Assembly (NCBI GenBank): GCA_965203555.1
Contig: CBDBCY010000004.1
Location: 736,001-800,000, forward strand
Direction: 5' to 3'
Length of the DNA stretch: 64,000 bases
Source of the DNA: Acidimicrobiia bacterium
GTDB taxonomy: Bacteria; Actinomycetota; Acidimicrobiia; Spongiisociales; ZC4RG35
Below are positions 50,316 to 61,117 of this stretch, piece after piece. The notes beneath the pieces are model-generated. The model ran no database searches and had not been told where the DNA came from. It saw only the letters and a list, made by a program, of their open reading frames with translations. The position numbers and the translations under genes are program-made. Numbering within the stretch: the stretch's first letter is position 1; the number at the start of each line of letters is the position of its first letter.

Positions 50316-52532
50316 TCAGTAAAGAAGGTCCGACGTGATCCTGAAAGCCTTGAACACTCCGTCCACGCCCTTCAGATCCGACAGCATACGCTGCAACTGG
50401 CCGGCGTCGGAGAGCTCAACTTCATACTGGAAGACTGCCACCAGGTCGTCCCCCACCGCCGAGGTGGCCGCAGTGATGTTGCCTCCGATCTCCGAAATCA
50501 CCGCGGTCACATCCCGCAGCAACCGGGTTCGGTCCAGCGCCTCCACCTGCACCCAGACGGTGAAGGCGTTGATCCGATCCAGCGACCACGCCACCTCCAC
50601 CATCCGGTCCATCCCCGGGGAGCGGTCGGTCAGGTTGGTGCACTCCGTCTGGTGCACCGAAACACCCCGACCCATGGTGACGTAGCCGATTATCTCATCC
50701 GAAGGAACAGGAGAGCAGCACCGGGCCAGGTTGACCATGGTGTCGCCCATACCTTCCACCAGGATTCCCGGAGAGTCATCGTCGACTCTGCGGCGGCGCA
50801 GGGGAGAAGATAGCATATCCACCTTGTCCTGGGCTTCGGGAAGCGCAGGTTTCACAGCCCGTTCCAAGCGCAGGATCACGGTGCGGGGGGCAATATCCCC
50901 TTCTCCCAACGCCAGGAAGAGATGGTCCACCTCGCTTCTGCCCAGATCCTCGGCAATGGAAGCCAGTAGCCGATCCCGGGCAGCGGCAGTCAATCCCAGC
51001 CGTGCCTTGCGAAGCTCCGCCCACAGCAATTCCCGTCCTTCCGCCATGGATTGGGCCCGCCTCTCCTTGGAGAACCACTGTTTGATCTTGGTTCGGGCCC
51101 GAGAGGTCTTGACGGTCTTCAACCAGTCCCGGCTGGGCCCCACCCCCTGGGAACGGGAGGTAATGATTTCCACCACGTCACCCGAGGAGAGAGGCGTGGA
51201 GAGTGGCAGCAACCGCCCGTTTACCCTCGCTCCCACGCAGCGGTCCCCCACCTCGGTGTGGATTGAATAGGCAAAGTCCACCGGAGTGGCCCCCGCCGGA
51301 AACTGCTTGACCTCGCCCCGGGGGGTTATCACGAAGACCTCGTCACGGTAGAGATCCAGCTTGAGGTGATCCAGAAACTCTCGAGGATCCTCAAATTCCT
51401 CTCTCAATCCGCCCAGGTCGCCGACCCACTCCAGGTCCACCGCTCCGGGGCCTTCCTTGTAGCGCCAGTGGGCGGCGATGCCCCGCTCCGCCAGTTGGTG
51501 CATCTCTGCGGTACGGATCTGGATTTCTATGGCCTTGCCGTCGATCCCCACCACAGTGGTGTGCAGACTCTGATAGAGATTGGTCTTGGGCATCGCTATG
51601 AAGTCTTTGAACCGACCGCTGAGCGGCGGCCAATGGGAGTGAATGTCCCCCAGGGCGGCATAGCAGTCCCGGATTCGGGGAACCACTACCCTGATGCCGA
51701 TCAGGTCGTAGATTTCTTCGAATTGTTTGCCGGATTCCACCATTTTCCGGTAAATGGAGTAGTGATGCTTGGGTCGTCCGCTCACCTCGGCGGAGATTCC
51801 CGCATCGGCCAGAATCCCCGACACCTCCTCGATCATCTTGTCTATCGCCACTTGCCGTTCGGGCGCCAGCTCCAGCAACTTGTGATCGATCTCGGCGTAG
51901 GGCCCGGGGTACAGGATCGCCAGGCATCGGTCCTCGAGTTCGTGCTTGATCTCCTGTATTCCCAGCCGGTGGGCCAGGGGTGCATACACGTCCAGGGTCT
52001 CGGTGGCCACTGCCCTCTGCTTGACAGGCTGCAGGGCGCTGACTGTTCGCATGTTGTGCAGGCGGTCGCACAGCTTTATGACCAGTACCCGCACATCGCG
52101 GGCCATTGCCACCACCATCTTGCGAATAGTGGCCGCCTGGGCCTCCTCCCGGTTCGGATAGGAGATCCGATCCAGCTTGGTGACCCCATCGATCAAATCT
52201 GCTATCTCAATGCCGAATTGCTTCTTGACGTCCTTGTATGCGAGTTCAGTGTCTTCCAGCGTATCGTGCAGCAACCCGGCGGCCAGGGTGGCCACATCCA
52301 TTCCCAGGTCGGCCAGTATGCGGGTTACGGTGACCGGGTGAACGATGTAAGGGTCCCCTGACTTGCGCAACTGGCCCCGATGAGCCTCCTCCGCCACCGA
52401 ATACGCCCGCCGCAGCAACGCCACGTCTTCCCCCGGGTGATGCTTGAGAAAACGCGATACCACCCTGGCCAACGGGTCGTCCGACCCGGGAGGGTGATAA
52501 GGAGTGGGGCGCCGCGCCGAGGTCTCGGCCAC
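50316..52532 (-). CDS. rel: Bifunctional (p)ppGpp synthetase/hydrolase
   Basis: HD motif LLHDTLED, DRLHNMRT, YQSLHT, TGS and ACT domains; GTG start after TACACT-N7. Confidence 0.96.
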   Translation of the reverse strand: MAETSARRPTPYHPPGSDDPLARVVSRFLKHHPGEDVALLRRAYSVAEEAHRGQLRKSGDPYIVHPVTVTRILADLGMDVATLAAGLLHDTLEDTELAYKDVKKQFGIEIADLIDGVTKLDRISYPNREEAQAATIRKMVVAMARDVRVLVIKLCDRLHNMRTVSALQPVKQRAVATETLDVYAPLAHRLGIQEIKHELEDRCLAILYPGPYAEIDHKLLELAPERQVAIDKMIEEVSGILADAGISAEVSGRPKHHYSIYRKMVESGKQFEEIYDLIGIRVVVPRIRDCYAALGDIHSHWPPLSGRFKDFIAMPKTNLYQSLHTTVVGIDGKAIEIQIRTAEMHQLAERGIAAHWRYKEGPGAVDLEWVGDLGGLREEFEDPREFLDHLKLDLYRDEVFVITPRGEVKQFPAGATPVDFAYSIHTEVGDRCVGARVNGRLLPLSTPLSSGDVVEIITSRSQGVGPSRDWLKTVKTSRARTKIKQWFSKERRAQSMAEGRELLWAELRKARLGLTAAARDRLLASIAEDLGRSEVDHLFLALGEGDIAPRTVILRLERAVKPALPEAQDKVDMLSSPLRRRRVDDDSPGILVEGMGDTMVNLARCCSPVPSDEIIGYVTMGRGVSVHQTECTNLTDRSPGMDRMVEVAWSLDRINAFTVWVQVEALDRTRLLRDVTAVISEIGGNITAATSAVGDDLVAVFQYEVELSDAGQLQRMLSDLKGVDGVFKAFRITSDLLY

Positions 52533-52569
52533 GACCCCAAGTGTAACTGCCCTCCGGTCCGACCGGGCC

Positions 52570-53655
52570 CTATCGGGGTCGGCGGCGACTGCGGCGACGC
52601 TTGGGCGGGCGGGGCGGCGCCGACCCTTCCATGGAGAAGAGTTCGGCGGAGGTGGGGGCCGGTTTGGGGGCCTCTTCGACTTCCGGGACTGCCTCGGGTT
52701 CGGCGCCGCTCCGCTTTCGGGCGACCCTGCGACGCTGGTCCATCCAGGAGTATTCCCGCTCTCTCCAGACCGCCAACAGAGGAGAGGCCACGAAGATGGA
52801 CGAGTAGGTCCCCGCCCCGATGCCCACGAACAATGCCAGCGAGAAGTCACGCAGCGGGGCAGCGCCCAGGATCAGGGATCCCACGAACAGGATGCTTCCC
52901 ACCGGTATCAAGGACGTGAGGGAAGTGTTTATGGACCGGGCCAGCACCATGTTCATGGACCGGTTAACTATCTCCGAGTAGGTCAGGACGTCTCCGTAGT
53001 CACTTTCCAACTCCCTCACCCGGTCGAATACCACCACCGTGTCATAGAGCGAGTAACCCAAAACGGTGAGCGCCGCCACCACCGTGGCCGGGGTTACCTC
53101 GAAACGAGTGATGGCATAGATGCCGATGGTGATCATCAGGTCGTGCAACAGGGCAACGATTCCCGACAGCGCCATTTTCCACTGCAGTCGGATGGAGATG
53201 AAGATCACCACCGCCCCCAGAAACACGCCCAGTGCCCACAGGGCACGACGGGCCACCAACGCGCCAAAGGTCGGACCCACTGCCTGGCGGTTGACATCCT
53301 CGGGCGGAGCGCCGACCAGGGCGGCCACGGTCGCCACCATCTCGTCCTCGATTTCGGAGGGTATCGGTCCGGTTTGAATCCGCAGGCTGCGGCCATCGTC
53401 TATCTCCTGGATGCGGGAATCAACCACCCCCAAATCGGTCAGGGCGGCTTCCAGTTCACCGACGTTCACCCCGCTTCGATTGTCGGACTGCACCTGCACG
53501 CCGCCGGTGAATTCCAAGCCCAGATTCAGGCCGAAGATTCCCGCCGTCAATGCGGAGACAACCAGCAAGGCCGCCGAAACGTAGAACCACCGACGGCGAA
53601 GGCCGACAAAATCGATCTGGGTCTCGCCCCGGGAGATCTTCTGCCAGAGGTTCAT
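52570..53655 (-). CDS. secF: Protein translocase subunit SecF
   Basis: LGLEFTGG, VGPTFG, GYSLYDTVVVFDRVRE, RSINTS. Confidence 0.95.
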   Translation of the reverse strand: MNLWQKISRGETQIDFVGLRRRWFYVSAALLVVSALTAGIFGLNLGLEFTGGVQVQSDNRSGVNVGELEAALTDLGVVDSRIQEIDDGRSLRIQTGPIPSEIEDEMVATVAALVGAPPEDVNRQAVGPTFGALVARRALWALGVFLGAVVIFISIRLQWKMALSGIVALLHDLMITIGIYAITRFEVTPATVVAALTVLGYSLYDTVVVFDRVRELESDYGDVLTYSEIVNRSMNMVLARSINTSLTSLIPVGSILFVGSLILGAAPLRDFSLALFVGIGAGTYSSIFVASPLLAVWREREYSWMDQRRRVARKRSGAEPEAVPEVEEAPKPAPTSAELFSMEGSAPPRPPKRRRSRRRPR

Positions 53656-55157
53656 TGACGCTCTCCCGCCGCCGCCGGCAGGGAGAACCAGCCGGAGCGC
53701 CCCATTGGGGTGTGCGCCAGAATCCATGCCGCTCTACGGGTGAAGGATCGGGCTACGAAGATGTCCAGGACAGTGGCGATTCCCAGAGAGAGCGCGAATC
53801 CCTTCACGGCGCCCACCGTCAACATCCACAGCAGAGTCGCCCCCAGTATGGAGACCGTATCGGCGGTGAGGATGGTACGGAAGGCGGTGCGGAAACCTTG
53901 AGTGGCGGCGGAGGGCACGGTTCTTCCCGCCCGTAATTCGTCCTTGATCCGTTCGAAGTAGACGATGTAGGAGTCAGCCGTGATACCAATCGCCACGATT
54001 ATCCCGGTCACCCCCGCCAGGGTGAGGGTCACCCCCTGGAAGTGGCCCAATAGCGCGTAGATTGCAATCAGCAGGGCCCCGAAGACCCCAATTCCCAGTA
54101 CCGCCACCAGACCCAGCGCCCGGTAATAGAAGAGGAGCACCACCGCCACCAGGGCCAATCCCGCGATACCCGACACCAACCCGATCTGAAGGGAGTCCGA
54201 GCCCAGGGTGGCCGAGACCTTCTCCACCTGGCTCCGTTCAAAGGCGACGGGCAGCGAGCCGTAACGAAGGATCACCGCCAGATTCTGAGCCTGCTCCTCG
54301 GCCGTCGGATCGGCGCCCAGGGTTATCACCGCGTCTCCTCCGGTGATACCCACGCCGGCCGCCACATCCTCCGACACTTGCGGCGAGGCGATGATGCGAC
54401 CGTCCAGAACAATGGCAATCTGGCGACGGGGATCACCGACCGCATAGGCGGCCGCCTCCCCGGTGAGCCTGGCAAACAGATCCGACCCATCCGAAGTGAG
54501 GGAAAGATTCACAACCCATTGGGCGGAGGTGTTGTCGAAACCAGGCAACGCCGCAGAGACGTCCGAACCGGTCATCTCTGCCGGACCGAGCGTCAGCACC
54601 TCAGCGCCGAACAGCGTGAAACTGGGCAGGTAGGCGACCTGATCGGGGTCGTCCTCGACGGTGTACCCGGTGACCGGATCCACTCCATCGGGTACATCGG
54701 GCAGGGTGGTGGTAGTGGTGGTGATCACCACCGATTCTTCGGACTCGCCCTCGACTTCTCCCGTTCCGGTTGGAACGGTGGTGGTGACCAGCGGACCCTC
54801 CAGGCCCGGAGTGGAATCCAGCACCGGACGGAACGAAAGCCGCCCGGTCCGGCCGATGGCATCGAGCGCCTGCTGCTCGTTCTGGACGCCCGGTAGTTGG
54901 ACCAGCACCGTCGTCCCTCCCGAAATCGAGATCTCCGGTTCTTGGACTCCGCCCACGTCTTCTATGCGGCGGCGCATGATGTCCACCGCGTACTCCATCA
55001 CATCGGGATCGGTGTCATCGGGCGCAGTAAGTATGACCGAGGTGCCGCCCTGCAGGTCCAGTCCCAGCTTTGGCTCAATGCCCAGCAGGTAGACGGAGAC
55101 CAGACCACCCCAGGCGAACCCGACAACAATCAGCAGGCCGATGACCCGCCGAAGCAC
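53652..55157 (-). CDS. secD: Protein translocase subunit SecD
   Basis: LGLDLQGG, AIVLDG, YGSLP, ADSYIVYFERIKDE. Confidence 0.95.
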   Translation of the reverse strand: MLRRVIGLLIVVGFAWGGLVSVYLLGIEPKLGLDLQGGTSVILTAPDDTDPDVMEYAVDIMRRRIEDVGGVQEPEISISGGTTVLVQLPGVQNEQQALDAIGRTGRLSFRPVLDSTPGLEGPLVTTTVPTGTGEVEGESEESVVITTTTTTLPDVPDGVDPVTGYTVEDDPDQVAYLPSFTLFGAEVLTLGPAEMTGSDVSAALPGFDNTSAQWVVNLSLTSDGSDLFARLTGEAAAYAVGDPRRQIAIVLDGRIIASPQVSEDVAAGVGITGGDAVITLGADPTAEEQAQNLAVILRYGSLPVAFERSQVEKVSATLGSDSLQIGLVSGIAGLALVAVVLLFYYRALGLVAVLGIGVFGALLIAIYALLGHFQGVTLTLAGVTGIIVAIGITADSYIVYFERIKDELRAGRTVPSAATQGFRTAFRTILTADTVSILGATLLWMLTVGAVKGFALSLGIATVLDIFVARSFTRRAAWILAHTPMGRSGWFSLPAAAGERQ

Positions 55158-55160
55158 AGA

Positions 55161-55448
55161 TCAGCCTTCCGAGACTCGTTTGGATGCAATGGCCTTCTTG
55201 GCGATCCGCAAAGACCCGTATTCAAGTTCTATCACCACCGAATCATCCTCCACGCTGCGAACCGATCCCATGATTCCCCCTATGGTCTGAATCCGGTCTC
55301 CGATCTCCAGATTCGCTACCAGGTGCTGTTGCTGTTTGGCGCGTTTGCGCTGAGGCCTGATGAGCAGAAAGTAAAAGAACAAAAGAAAGCCGCCGAGAAC
55401 CAACCATGTGAAGATCGGGCTCCCTGCCGACTCTTGAGCGAGGATCAT
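55161..55448 (-). CDS. yajC: Preprotein translocase subunit YajC
   Basis: FYFLLIRPQRKR, GDRIQTIGGIMG. Confidence 0.95.
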   Translation of the reverse strand: MILAQESAGSPIFTWLVLGGFLLFFYFLLIRPQRKRAKQQQHLVANLEIGDRIQTIGGIMGSVRSVEDDSVVIELEYGSLRIAKKAIASKRVSEG

Positions 55449-55485
55449 GAAATGACAACTCCTGTTATTCGGTCCGCTGAAACTA

Positions 55486-56610
55486 TCAGACTAGCGTCTC
55501 GTTCCCTGGTTGAGAAACTCCGCACTGGCGAAAATGGCGGCGGTACCGACCGAACTTCCCCTCCAGGATCGCCTGGCGGGCCCCTGCCATCAACCCCGTG
55601 GCATGCGCCAGGTTGTGAATGGAGAGCAACCGCTGGGAGGTGAGTTCTCCCACTCTGAGGAGATGACGCAGGTAGGACCGGGTATACCGGCGACAGGCCA
55701 AGCACTCGCATCCGGGATCGAGAGGCCGGTCATCTCGTGCATAGGCGCCGGCTCGGAGGTTGTAATCACCGGCCCAGCCGAGAACTTTCCCGTGTCGGGC
55801 GAGTCGGGTGGGCCAAACGCAGTCGAACATGTCCACTCCGCGGGCAATGGCGTCGAGCATGCCCACCGAGTCCCCCACCCCCATCAGGTAGCGAGGCCGG
55901 TGAAAAGGCAGTTCCGGTACGCAGGCCTCCAGGGCCAGGTTGCGCTCGGCGGCCGACTCTCCCACCGACAACCCGCCGATGCCAAAGCCCGCAAACCCCA
56001 GCGCTGCCGTGGCCCTGGCGCTGCGGCGGCGCAATCGGGGATCGACACCACCCTGCACGATCCCGAACAGGGCCTGGTCGCTGCGCCGATGGGCCGCCAA
56101 GGCCCGCTCGGACCAGCGCAAGGTGCGCTCGGCGGCCTCCTCCAACTCCGGCAGAGGCGAAGGAAGGGCCAAGCAGATGTCCAGCACCATGGCGATGTCG
56201 GCCCCAAGGCGCTCCTGGTGACGCACCGCCTCCTCCGGGGTGAGGCTTATATGGGACCCGTCGTATATGGAACGGAACGCCGCACCTTCCTCGGTGATGG
56301 CAGGCTTGAGCGAAAACACCTGGTAACCCCCGGAGTCGGTGAGCACCGGTCGTCGCCAGGACATGAAACCGTGTAGCCCTCCCATACTCTCGATCAACTC
56401 CGATCCCGGCCGCAGCATCAGGTGGTAGGTATTGGCCAGCATGATCGACGCGCCCAACTCTTCCAGATCGGCGGCGTCCAACCCCTTCACAGAGGCGCGG
56501 GTCCCAACCGGCATGAACACCGGAGTGGCAACGTCGCCGTGGGGGGTGTGAAGCGTCCCGGCCCGGGCGGATCCATCCTGTGCCTGCGGGGTCCAGGAAA
56601 CCGGGTTCAC
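55486..56610 (-). CDS. tgt: tRNA-guanine transglycosylase (bacterial preQ1 type)
   Basis: TPVFMPVGT, TDSGGYQVFSL, LDIC, GGLSVGE, CECLAC zinc site. Confidence 0.96.
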   Translation of the reverse strand: MNPVSWTPQAQDGSARAGTLHTPHGDVATPVFMPVGTRASVKGLDAADLEELGASIMLANTYHLMLRPGSELIESMGGLHGFMSWRRPVLTDSGGYQVFSLKPAITEEGAAFRSIYDGSHISLTPEEAVRHQERLGADIAMVLDICLALPSPLPELEEAAERTLRWSERALAAHRRSDQALFGIVQGGVDPRLRRRSARATAALGFAGFGIGGLSVGESAAERNLALEACVPELPFHRPRYLMGVGDSVGMLDAIARGVDMFDCVWPTRLARHGKVLGWAGDYNLRAGAYARDDRPLDPGCECLACRRYTRSYLRHLLRVGELTSQRLLSIHNLAHATGLMAGARQAILEGKFGRYRRHFRQCGVSQPGNETLV

Positions 56611-57635
56611 TGTTGCGCCGTCTCGGGGTCTCGTTCGGCCAGCATGGCGTCGCCGAAAGAGAGAAACCGATATCCTCGGGCCAGGGCGGTCCGGTACGCG
56701 TCCCGCCACTTTCGGCCCATGAAGGCCCAGACCAGCGCCACCAGACTGGATCGGGGAGCATGGAAGTTGGTGACCAGCATATCCACCACCCTGAACCGGC
56801 AACCCGGCGTCAGGTAGAGATCCGTCTCACCTTGTTGAGCGGTCACCAGACCGTCGGAAGCGGCTGCGGTCTCCAGGGTCCTCACCACGGTGGTGCCCAC
56901 CGCCACCACCCGCCCTCCCCGCGCCCGGCAGCGCCTCACCTGTTGCTCGACCTCCTTCGAAATCCAGAACCGTTCCACACCCATGGGATGATCCTCCAGT
57001 CGCTCGACGCCGATCGGGCGGAAGGTGGCCCAGCTCACCTCCAGATCGATCTCGGCTCTCATCACGCCGCGGTGACGCAGAGCCTCCAGAATCGTCGGGG
57101 TGAAGTGCAGACCGGCGGTGGGAGCGGCAGCGGATCCCAGCCGGGATGCGAATATTGTCTGGTAGCGCTCGGGGTCGGGCAACGACCGGCGGATGTAGGG
57201 AGGCAACGGCACCTCTCCCATCTCCTCCACCAACTCCTCCACCTCCCCCTTCCCGGTCAATACCAACCGGGCCACTCCGTCAACCGGGTCGGAGACCAAC
57301 TCGCCCCGAAGGGGACCGAACTCCACCACCACCCCGGCGCGGAGCCGTCGGGCGGGACGCACCAGCGCCTCCCAACGATCGGGAGAGAGACGACGGGCCA
57401 GCAAGGCCTCCACCCGTCCACCGGTTCCCGACTTGCGACCCACCAGCCGGGCAGCCCTTACCCTGGTCCGGTTTACCACCAGCAGATCCCCCGGCGCCAG
57501 AAGATGGGGCAGATCCGAAAATCGCCGATCCAAAAGAGTTCGGGTGTCGAGCAACCGGGAAGAGTGCCGTGGTTCGACCGGCGCTTGCGCCACCGATTCC
57601 TGGGGCAGGCAATAATCCAATTCAGCGGTGAGCAT
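56607..57635 (-). CDS. queA: SAM:tRNA ribosyltransferase-isomerase
   Basis: PLPPYI, AAPTAGLHFT, AVGTT, TNFHAPRS, YRFLSFGDAM. Confidence 0.96.
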   Translation of the reverse strand: MLTAELDYCLPQESVAQAPVEPRHSSRLLDTRTLLDRRFSDLPHLLAPGDLLVVNRTRVRAARLVGRKSGTGGRVEALLARRLSPDRWEALVRPARRLRAGVVVEFGPLRGELVSDPVDGVARLVLTGKGEVEELVEEMGEVPLPPYIRRSLPDPERYQTIFASRLGSAAAPTAGLHFTPTILEALRHRGVMRAEIDLEVSWATFRPIGVERLEDHPMGVERFWISKEVEQQVRRCRARGGRVVAVGTTVVRTLETAAASDGLVTAQQGETDLYLTPGCRFRVVDMLVTNFHAPRSSLVALVWAFMGRKWRDAYRTALARGYRFLSFGDAMLAERDPETAQQ

Positions 57636-57647
57636 ACCGATCCGGAA

Positions 57648-58670
57648 TCAGACCAAACGCAGTTGGGGGTCGGCAGGAGGTACCAGCCCCAGGTGCAGGT
57701 AAGTTCCCTCGGTGGCCAGCCGTCCCCGCGGGGTTCTTTGCAGAAGGCCTGCCTGCAGAAGGTAGGGCTCGTACGCCTCTTCCACCGTCTCCGGCTCTTC
57801 GCCGACCGCGATCGCCAGGGTGCTCAGACCCACCGGACCACCCCCGAACTTGTGCACAACCGATTCAAGAATCGCCCGGTCAACCTTGTCCAACCCCAAC
57901 TCATCCACTTCCAACAGGGCAAGGGCCCGGTTGGCCACCCGGGCCGTCACCTGCCCGTCGGCGCGGGCGATGGCGTAGTCGCGAACCCGGGCCAGTAACC
58001 GGTTGGCCACCCGGGCAGTACCGCGGCTACGGGTGGCGATCGTCTCGGCGCCAGCGCCGGTGATTCCCACTCCCAGAATCCCCGCCGACCTGACCACGAT
58101 CTGCCGCAATTCATCGGATGTGTAATGGTCGAACCGCTCGATGATCTGGAAGCGATCCCGCAGGGGAGAAGAGATCATGCCAAGCCGAGTGGTGGCCCCG
58201 ATCAGAGTAAAGGGTTCAAGGTTCAGCCGGTAGGTGGTGGCGCCCACTCCCTTTCCCACCACGATGTCCAGTTCGAAGTCCTCCATCGCCGGATAGAGCA
58301 CCTCTTCCACCATCCGTGAGAGCCGATGCAATTCGTCAACGAAGAAGACCTCACCCTTCTCGAGTCCTGAAAGGATAGAGGCGAGGTCTCCCGGCCGGTC
58401 CAGAGCCGGGCCGGAGGTTCGCCGCATCCGCACTCCCAGTTCGTTGGCTATCACCCCCGCCATGGAGGTTTTTCCCAGCCCCGGAGGACCCGAGAACAGG
58501 ACATGTCCCACGGGTGACCCCATTTTGGCGGCAGCCTCTATGGAGATCGTCAGCCGCTCCTGCAAGAGGGGCTGACCAATGAACTCTCCCAGCAACCGGG
58601 GCCGCAGGGAAGCTTCCAGTTCGGACTCGCCCGTAGCCGGTTCCTGGGCAACGACCCGTTCCTCTCTCAT
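57648..58670 (-). CDS. ruvB: Holliday junction branch migration helicase
   Basis: LRP, GPPGLGKT, LYPAMED, GATTR, RTPRGR. Confidence 0.97.
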   Translation of the reverse strand: MREERVVAQEPATGESELEASLRPRLLGEFIGQPLLQERLTISIEAAAKMGSPVGHVLFSGPPGLGKTSMAGVIANELGVRMRRTSGPALDRPGDLASILSGLEKGEVFFVDELHRLSRMVEEVLYPAMEDFELDIVVGKGVGATTYRLNLEPFTLIGATTRLGMISSPLRDRFQIIERFDHYTSDELRQIVVRSAGILGVGITGAGAETIATRSRGTARVANRLLARVRDYAIARADGQVTARVANRALALLEVDELGLDKVDRAILESVVHKFGGGPVGLSTLAIAVGEEPETVEEAYEPYLLQAGLLQRTPRGRLATEGTYLHLGLVPPADPQLRLV

Positions 58671-59236
58671 TGCGCCAACTCCCGAAGCGCCGCCCGCAAT
58701 TGTTCCTCAAAAGAGGCGCGAGGATCAACCACCGCCGCGGCGCTGCGAATCTCGTGGCTGCGATATCCCAATCCCGCCAATGCTCCCCACAGTTGCGAAG
58801 ACCGGGATGAGCCTTTCAAGACGTTGGCCTCGGACGCTTCCAGCTTTCCTTTCAGATCGAGGATCAGACGCTGGGCGGTCTTCTTTCCGACACCGCTTAC
58901 CCTGGTGAAAGTGGTGACGTCTTCGGAACGCACCGCCTCCCGAACCGCCTCCGACCCCAGGGTGGAGAGAATCGCCAGCCCCACCTTCGGACCCACGCCC
59001 TGGGCGGAGAGGAGCAACCGGAACAGATCCCGCTCGCCGCTGTCCCTGAAACCGTACAGTCGCATCCCTTCGCTCCACACCTGAAGATGGGTGCTGATCA
59101 CTATCTCTCCCCGCTCTGAGGGCAGGCTTTCCACGACCGAGGGTGACATTATCACCTCGTATCCAACTCCCCCCACATCAATGACGACCCCTTCCGGATT
59201 CCTTTCGGTTAGCGCCCCTCTCAATGAGCCTATCAC
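58667..59236 (-). CDS. ruvA: Holliday junction DNA-binding protein
   Basis: GGVGYEV, LYGF, GVGPK, GVGKKTAQR. Confidence 0.96.
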   Translation of the reverse strand: MIGSLRGALTERNPEGVVIDVGGVGYEVIMSPSVVESLPSERGEIVISTHLQVWSEGMRLYGFRDSGERDLFRLLLSAQGVGPKVGLAILSTLGSEAVREAVRSEDVTTFTRVSGVGKKTAQRLILDLKGKLEASEANVLKGSSRSSQLWGALAGLGYRSHEIRSAAAVVDPRASFEEQLRAALRELAQ

Positions 59237-59715
59237 GGCACGAGTTCCAAGTGGAGGTGACGCAGGTGGCAAATTGCCGCCGCAACCGCATCGAAGGCAT
59301 CATGAGGCAAGCCCTCTTCCGAAAGGTTGAGCGTCTTGCGGAGTGTTCGCTGCACGGCGTCCTTGGTGGCGGCCCCGTCGCCGGTCACAATTTTCTTTAC
59401 GGTGCTGGGGCTGTACTCGGTGACCGATATCCCTGCTTCTGCGGCGGTGAGCATCACGACGCCGGTGGCCCTCTCCACCGCCGAGGCCGCCGATCGGTTC
59501 CCCTTGATGTAGACCTTCTCCAGGGACATGGCGACCGGTCCGTACCGCTTGATGACATCGGAGAGGTCGTTGGACAACTCTTGCAGACGTTCCTCGATGG
59601 GCCAACTTACGGGAGTGCTGATCATCCCCATTGCGATCACCCGGTGTGGGTTGCCTCTGCTGACCACCGCATAACCGGTGCGGGCCAATCCAGGATCTAC
59701 TCCCAATACCAACAC
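59233..59715 (-). CDS. ruvC: Crossover junction endodeoxyribonuclease
   Basis: LGVDPG, E in LEKVY, VKKIVTG.G.ATK, DAFDAVAAAICH. Confidence 0.95.
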   Translation of the reverse strand: MLVLGVDPGLARTGYAVVSRGNPHRVIAMGMISTPVSWPIEERLQELSNDLSDVIKRYGPVAMSLEKVYIKGNRSAASAVERATGVVMLTAAEAGISVTEYSPSTVKKIVTGDGAATKDAVQRTLRKTLNLSEEGLPHDAFDAVAAAICHLRHLHLELVP

Positions 59716-59785
59716 CTACAGGAAGTGTAAGTAAAGGGAGGGCTCTACACTGGCCTTTTGATCGTCAAGCCCCTCCGGTCGGAAG

Positions 59786-60529
59786 TCACCGGCCGGCCAG
59801 AGCCTCCAATATGTCGTCGCTGATCTCGAAGTTGGAATAGACGCTTTGCACATCATCCAGATCTTCCAAGGCATCCACCAACCGCAACACCCTGGGAGCG
59901 GTGCGACGATCGACCGGCACCTCCGTAATGGGCAGTTGCGTCACCTCCGCCGACTCGACGGCCAAACCCGACTCCTGCAGGGCGTCCCTCACACCCGTCA
60001 TCTCACCCGGTGTGGTGATCACCTCCCAAGAATCGCCCGTCTCCTTGATGTCCTCGGCGCCCGCCTCTAAGGCGGTAAGCAAGACGTCATCTTCTTCCCC
60101 GGCGGCGGCAATGACGCCCTTGGGCTGAAAGAGGTATCCCACCGATCCAGGTTCTCCCAAACTGCCCCCGTTGCGGGTGAAAACCGCCCGCACGTCAGAA
60201 GCTGCCCGCCGCCGGTTGTCAGTGAGCACCTGAACGTACACCGCCACTCCCCCAGGCGCGTATCCCTCATACCAAAGCTCGTCGTAAGCCACCCCCCCTG
60301 TCTCTCCGGTGCCCCGCTTGATGGCTCGGCTGATGTTGTCGTTGGGCATGGATGCCGCTTTGGCCTTGGCCACCGCCGCAGCCAGCGAATAGTTGGCGGC
60401 CGGGTCACCGCCACCCTTGCGCGCTTCCGATTCGATGGCCCTGGCCAATTTGGCAAACAGCTTCCCGCGGGCCGCATCCTGGCGTCCCTTGCGGTGTTTT
60501 ATGTTCGCCCACTTGGAATGTCCCGCCAT
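59786..60529 (-). CDS. yebC: YebC/PmpR family protein
   Basis: MAGHSKWANIKHRK, YEGY, TDN, DDVQSVY. Confidence 0.96.
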   Translation of the reverse strand: MAGHSKWANIKHRKGRQDAARGKLFAKLARAIESEARKGGGDPAANYSLAAAVAKAKAASMPNDNISRAIKRGTGETGGVAYDELWYEGYAPGGVAVYVQVLTDNRRRAASDVRAVFTRNGGSLGEPGSVGYLFQPKGVIAAAGEEDDVLLTALEAGAEDIKETGDSWEVITTPGEMTGVRDALQESGLAVESAEVTQLPITEVPVDRRTAPRVLRLVDALEDLDDVQSVYSNFEISDDILEALAGR

Positions 60530-60535
60530 TTCGCC

Positions 60536-61117
60536 CTACTCCTCTCCGCCTTGCAACCACAGTCGGTGAATGCGGGAATCCTGCGTCAATTCCGGGTGAA
60601 ACGAGGTGGCCGTCAAAGTCCTCGACCGCACCATCACGGGATGTTTGCCGACCCGGGCCAGCACCTCCACCTCGCCGCCCACCTTCTCGACCCAGGGCGC
60701 CCTGATGAACACTGCGCGAAAGGGGTCTTCCAATCCTTTCACTTCCAGGTCCATCTCAAAAGACTCGTTCTGTCGCCCGAAGGCGTTGCGCCGCACCACC
60801 ACGTCCAAGACTCCCAGAAGCGGTTGATCTCCTTCTACGATGGAACCGGCCACCAGGATCATGCCCGCGCAGGTGGCCAGGGTGGGCAGACCGTCGAGCA
60901 GGGCGGCGCGCAGCGGCCGCAGCAGCCGGAACCGCTCCGCCAGACGACCGATGGTGGTTGACTCCCCTCCCGGAATCACCAAGCCGTCAATCCCCACCAG
61001 ATCATCGGGGAGGCGCACCAGCCGGGTGGAGACATCCAGACGCTCAAGAGCCCACCGGTGCTCCCTGACATCCCCTTGCAGGGCCAGCACCCCTATGGTG
61101 GGCGGCATTATCACCAA
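60536..61117 (-). CDS. pdxT: PLP synthase glutaminase subunit
   Basis: GVLALQG, PGGESTT, TCAG, FIRAP, FHPE. Confidence 0.96.
   Translation of the reverse strand: MVIMPPTIGVLALQGDVREHRWALERLDVSTRLVRLPDDLVGIDGLVIPGGESTTIGRLAERFRLLRPLRAALLDGLPTLATCAGMILVAGSIVEGDQPLLGVLDVVVRRNAFGRQNESFEMDLEVKGLEDPFRAVFIRAPWVEKVGGEVEVLARVGKHPVMVRSRTLTATSFHPELTQDSRIHRLWLQGGEE

Noticed and set aside
59716-59785. SOS box upstream of ruvC
   Set aside because: No GAAC-N4-GTTC motif is present
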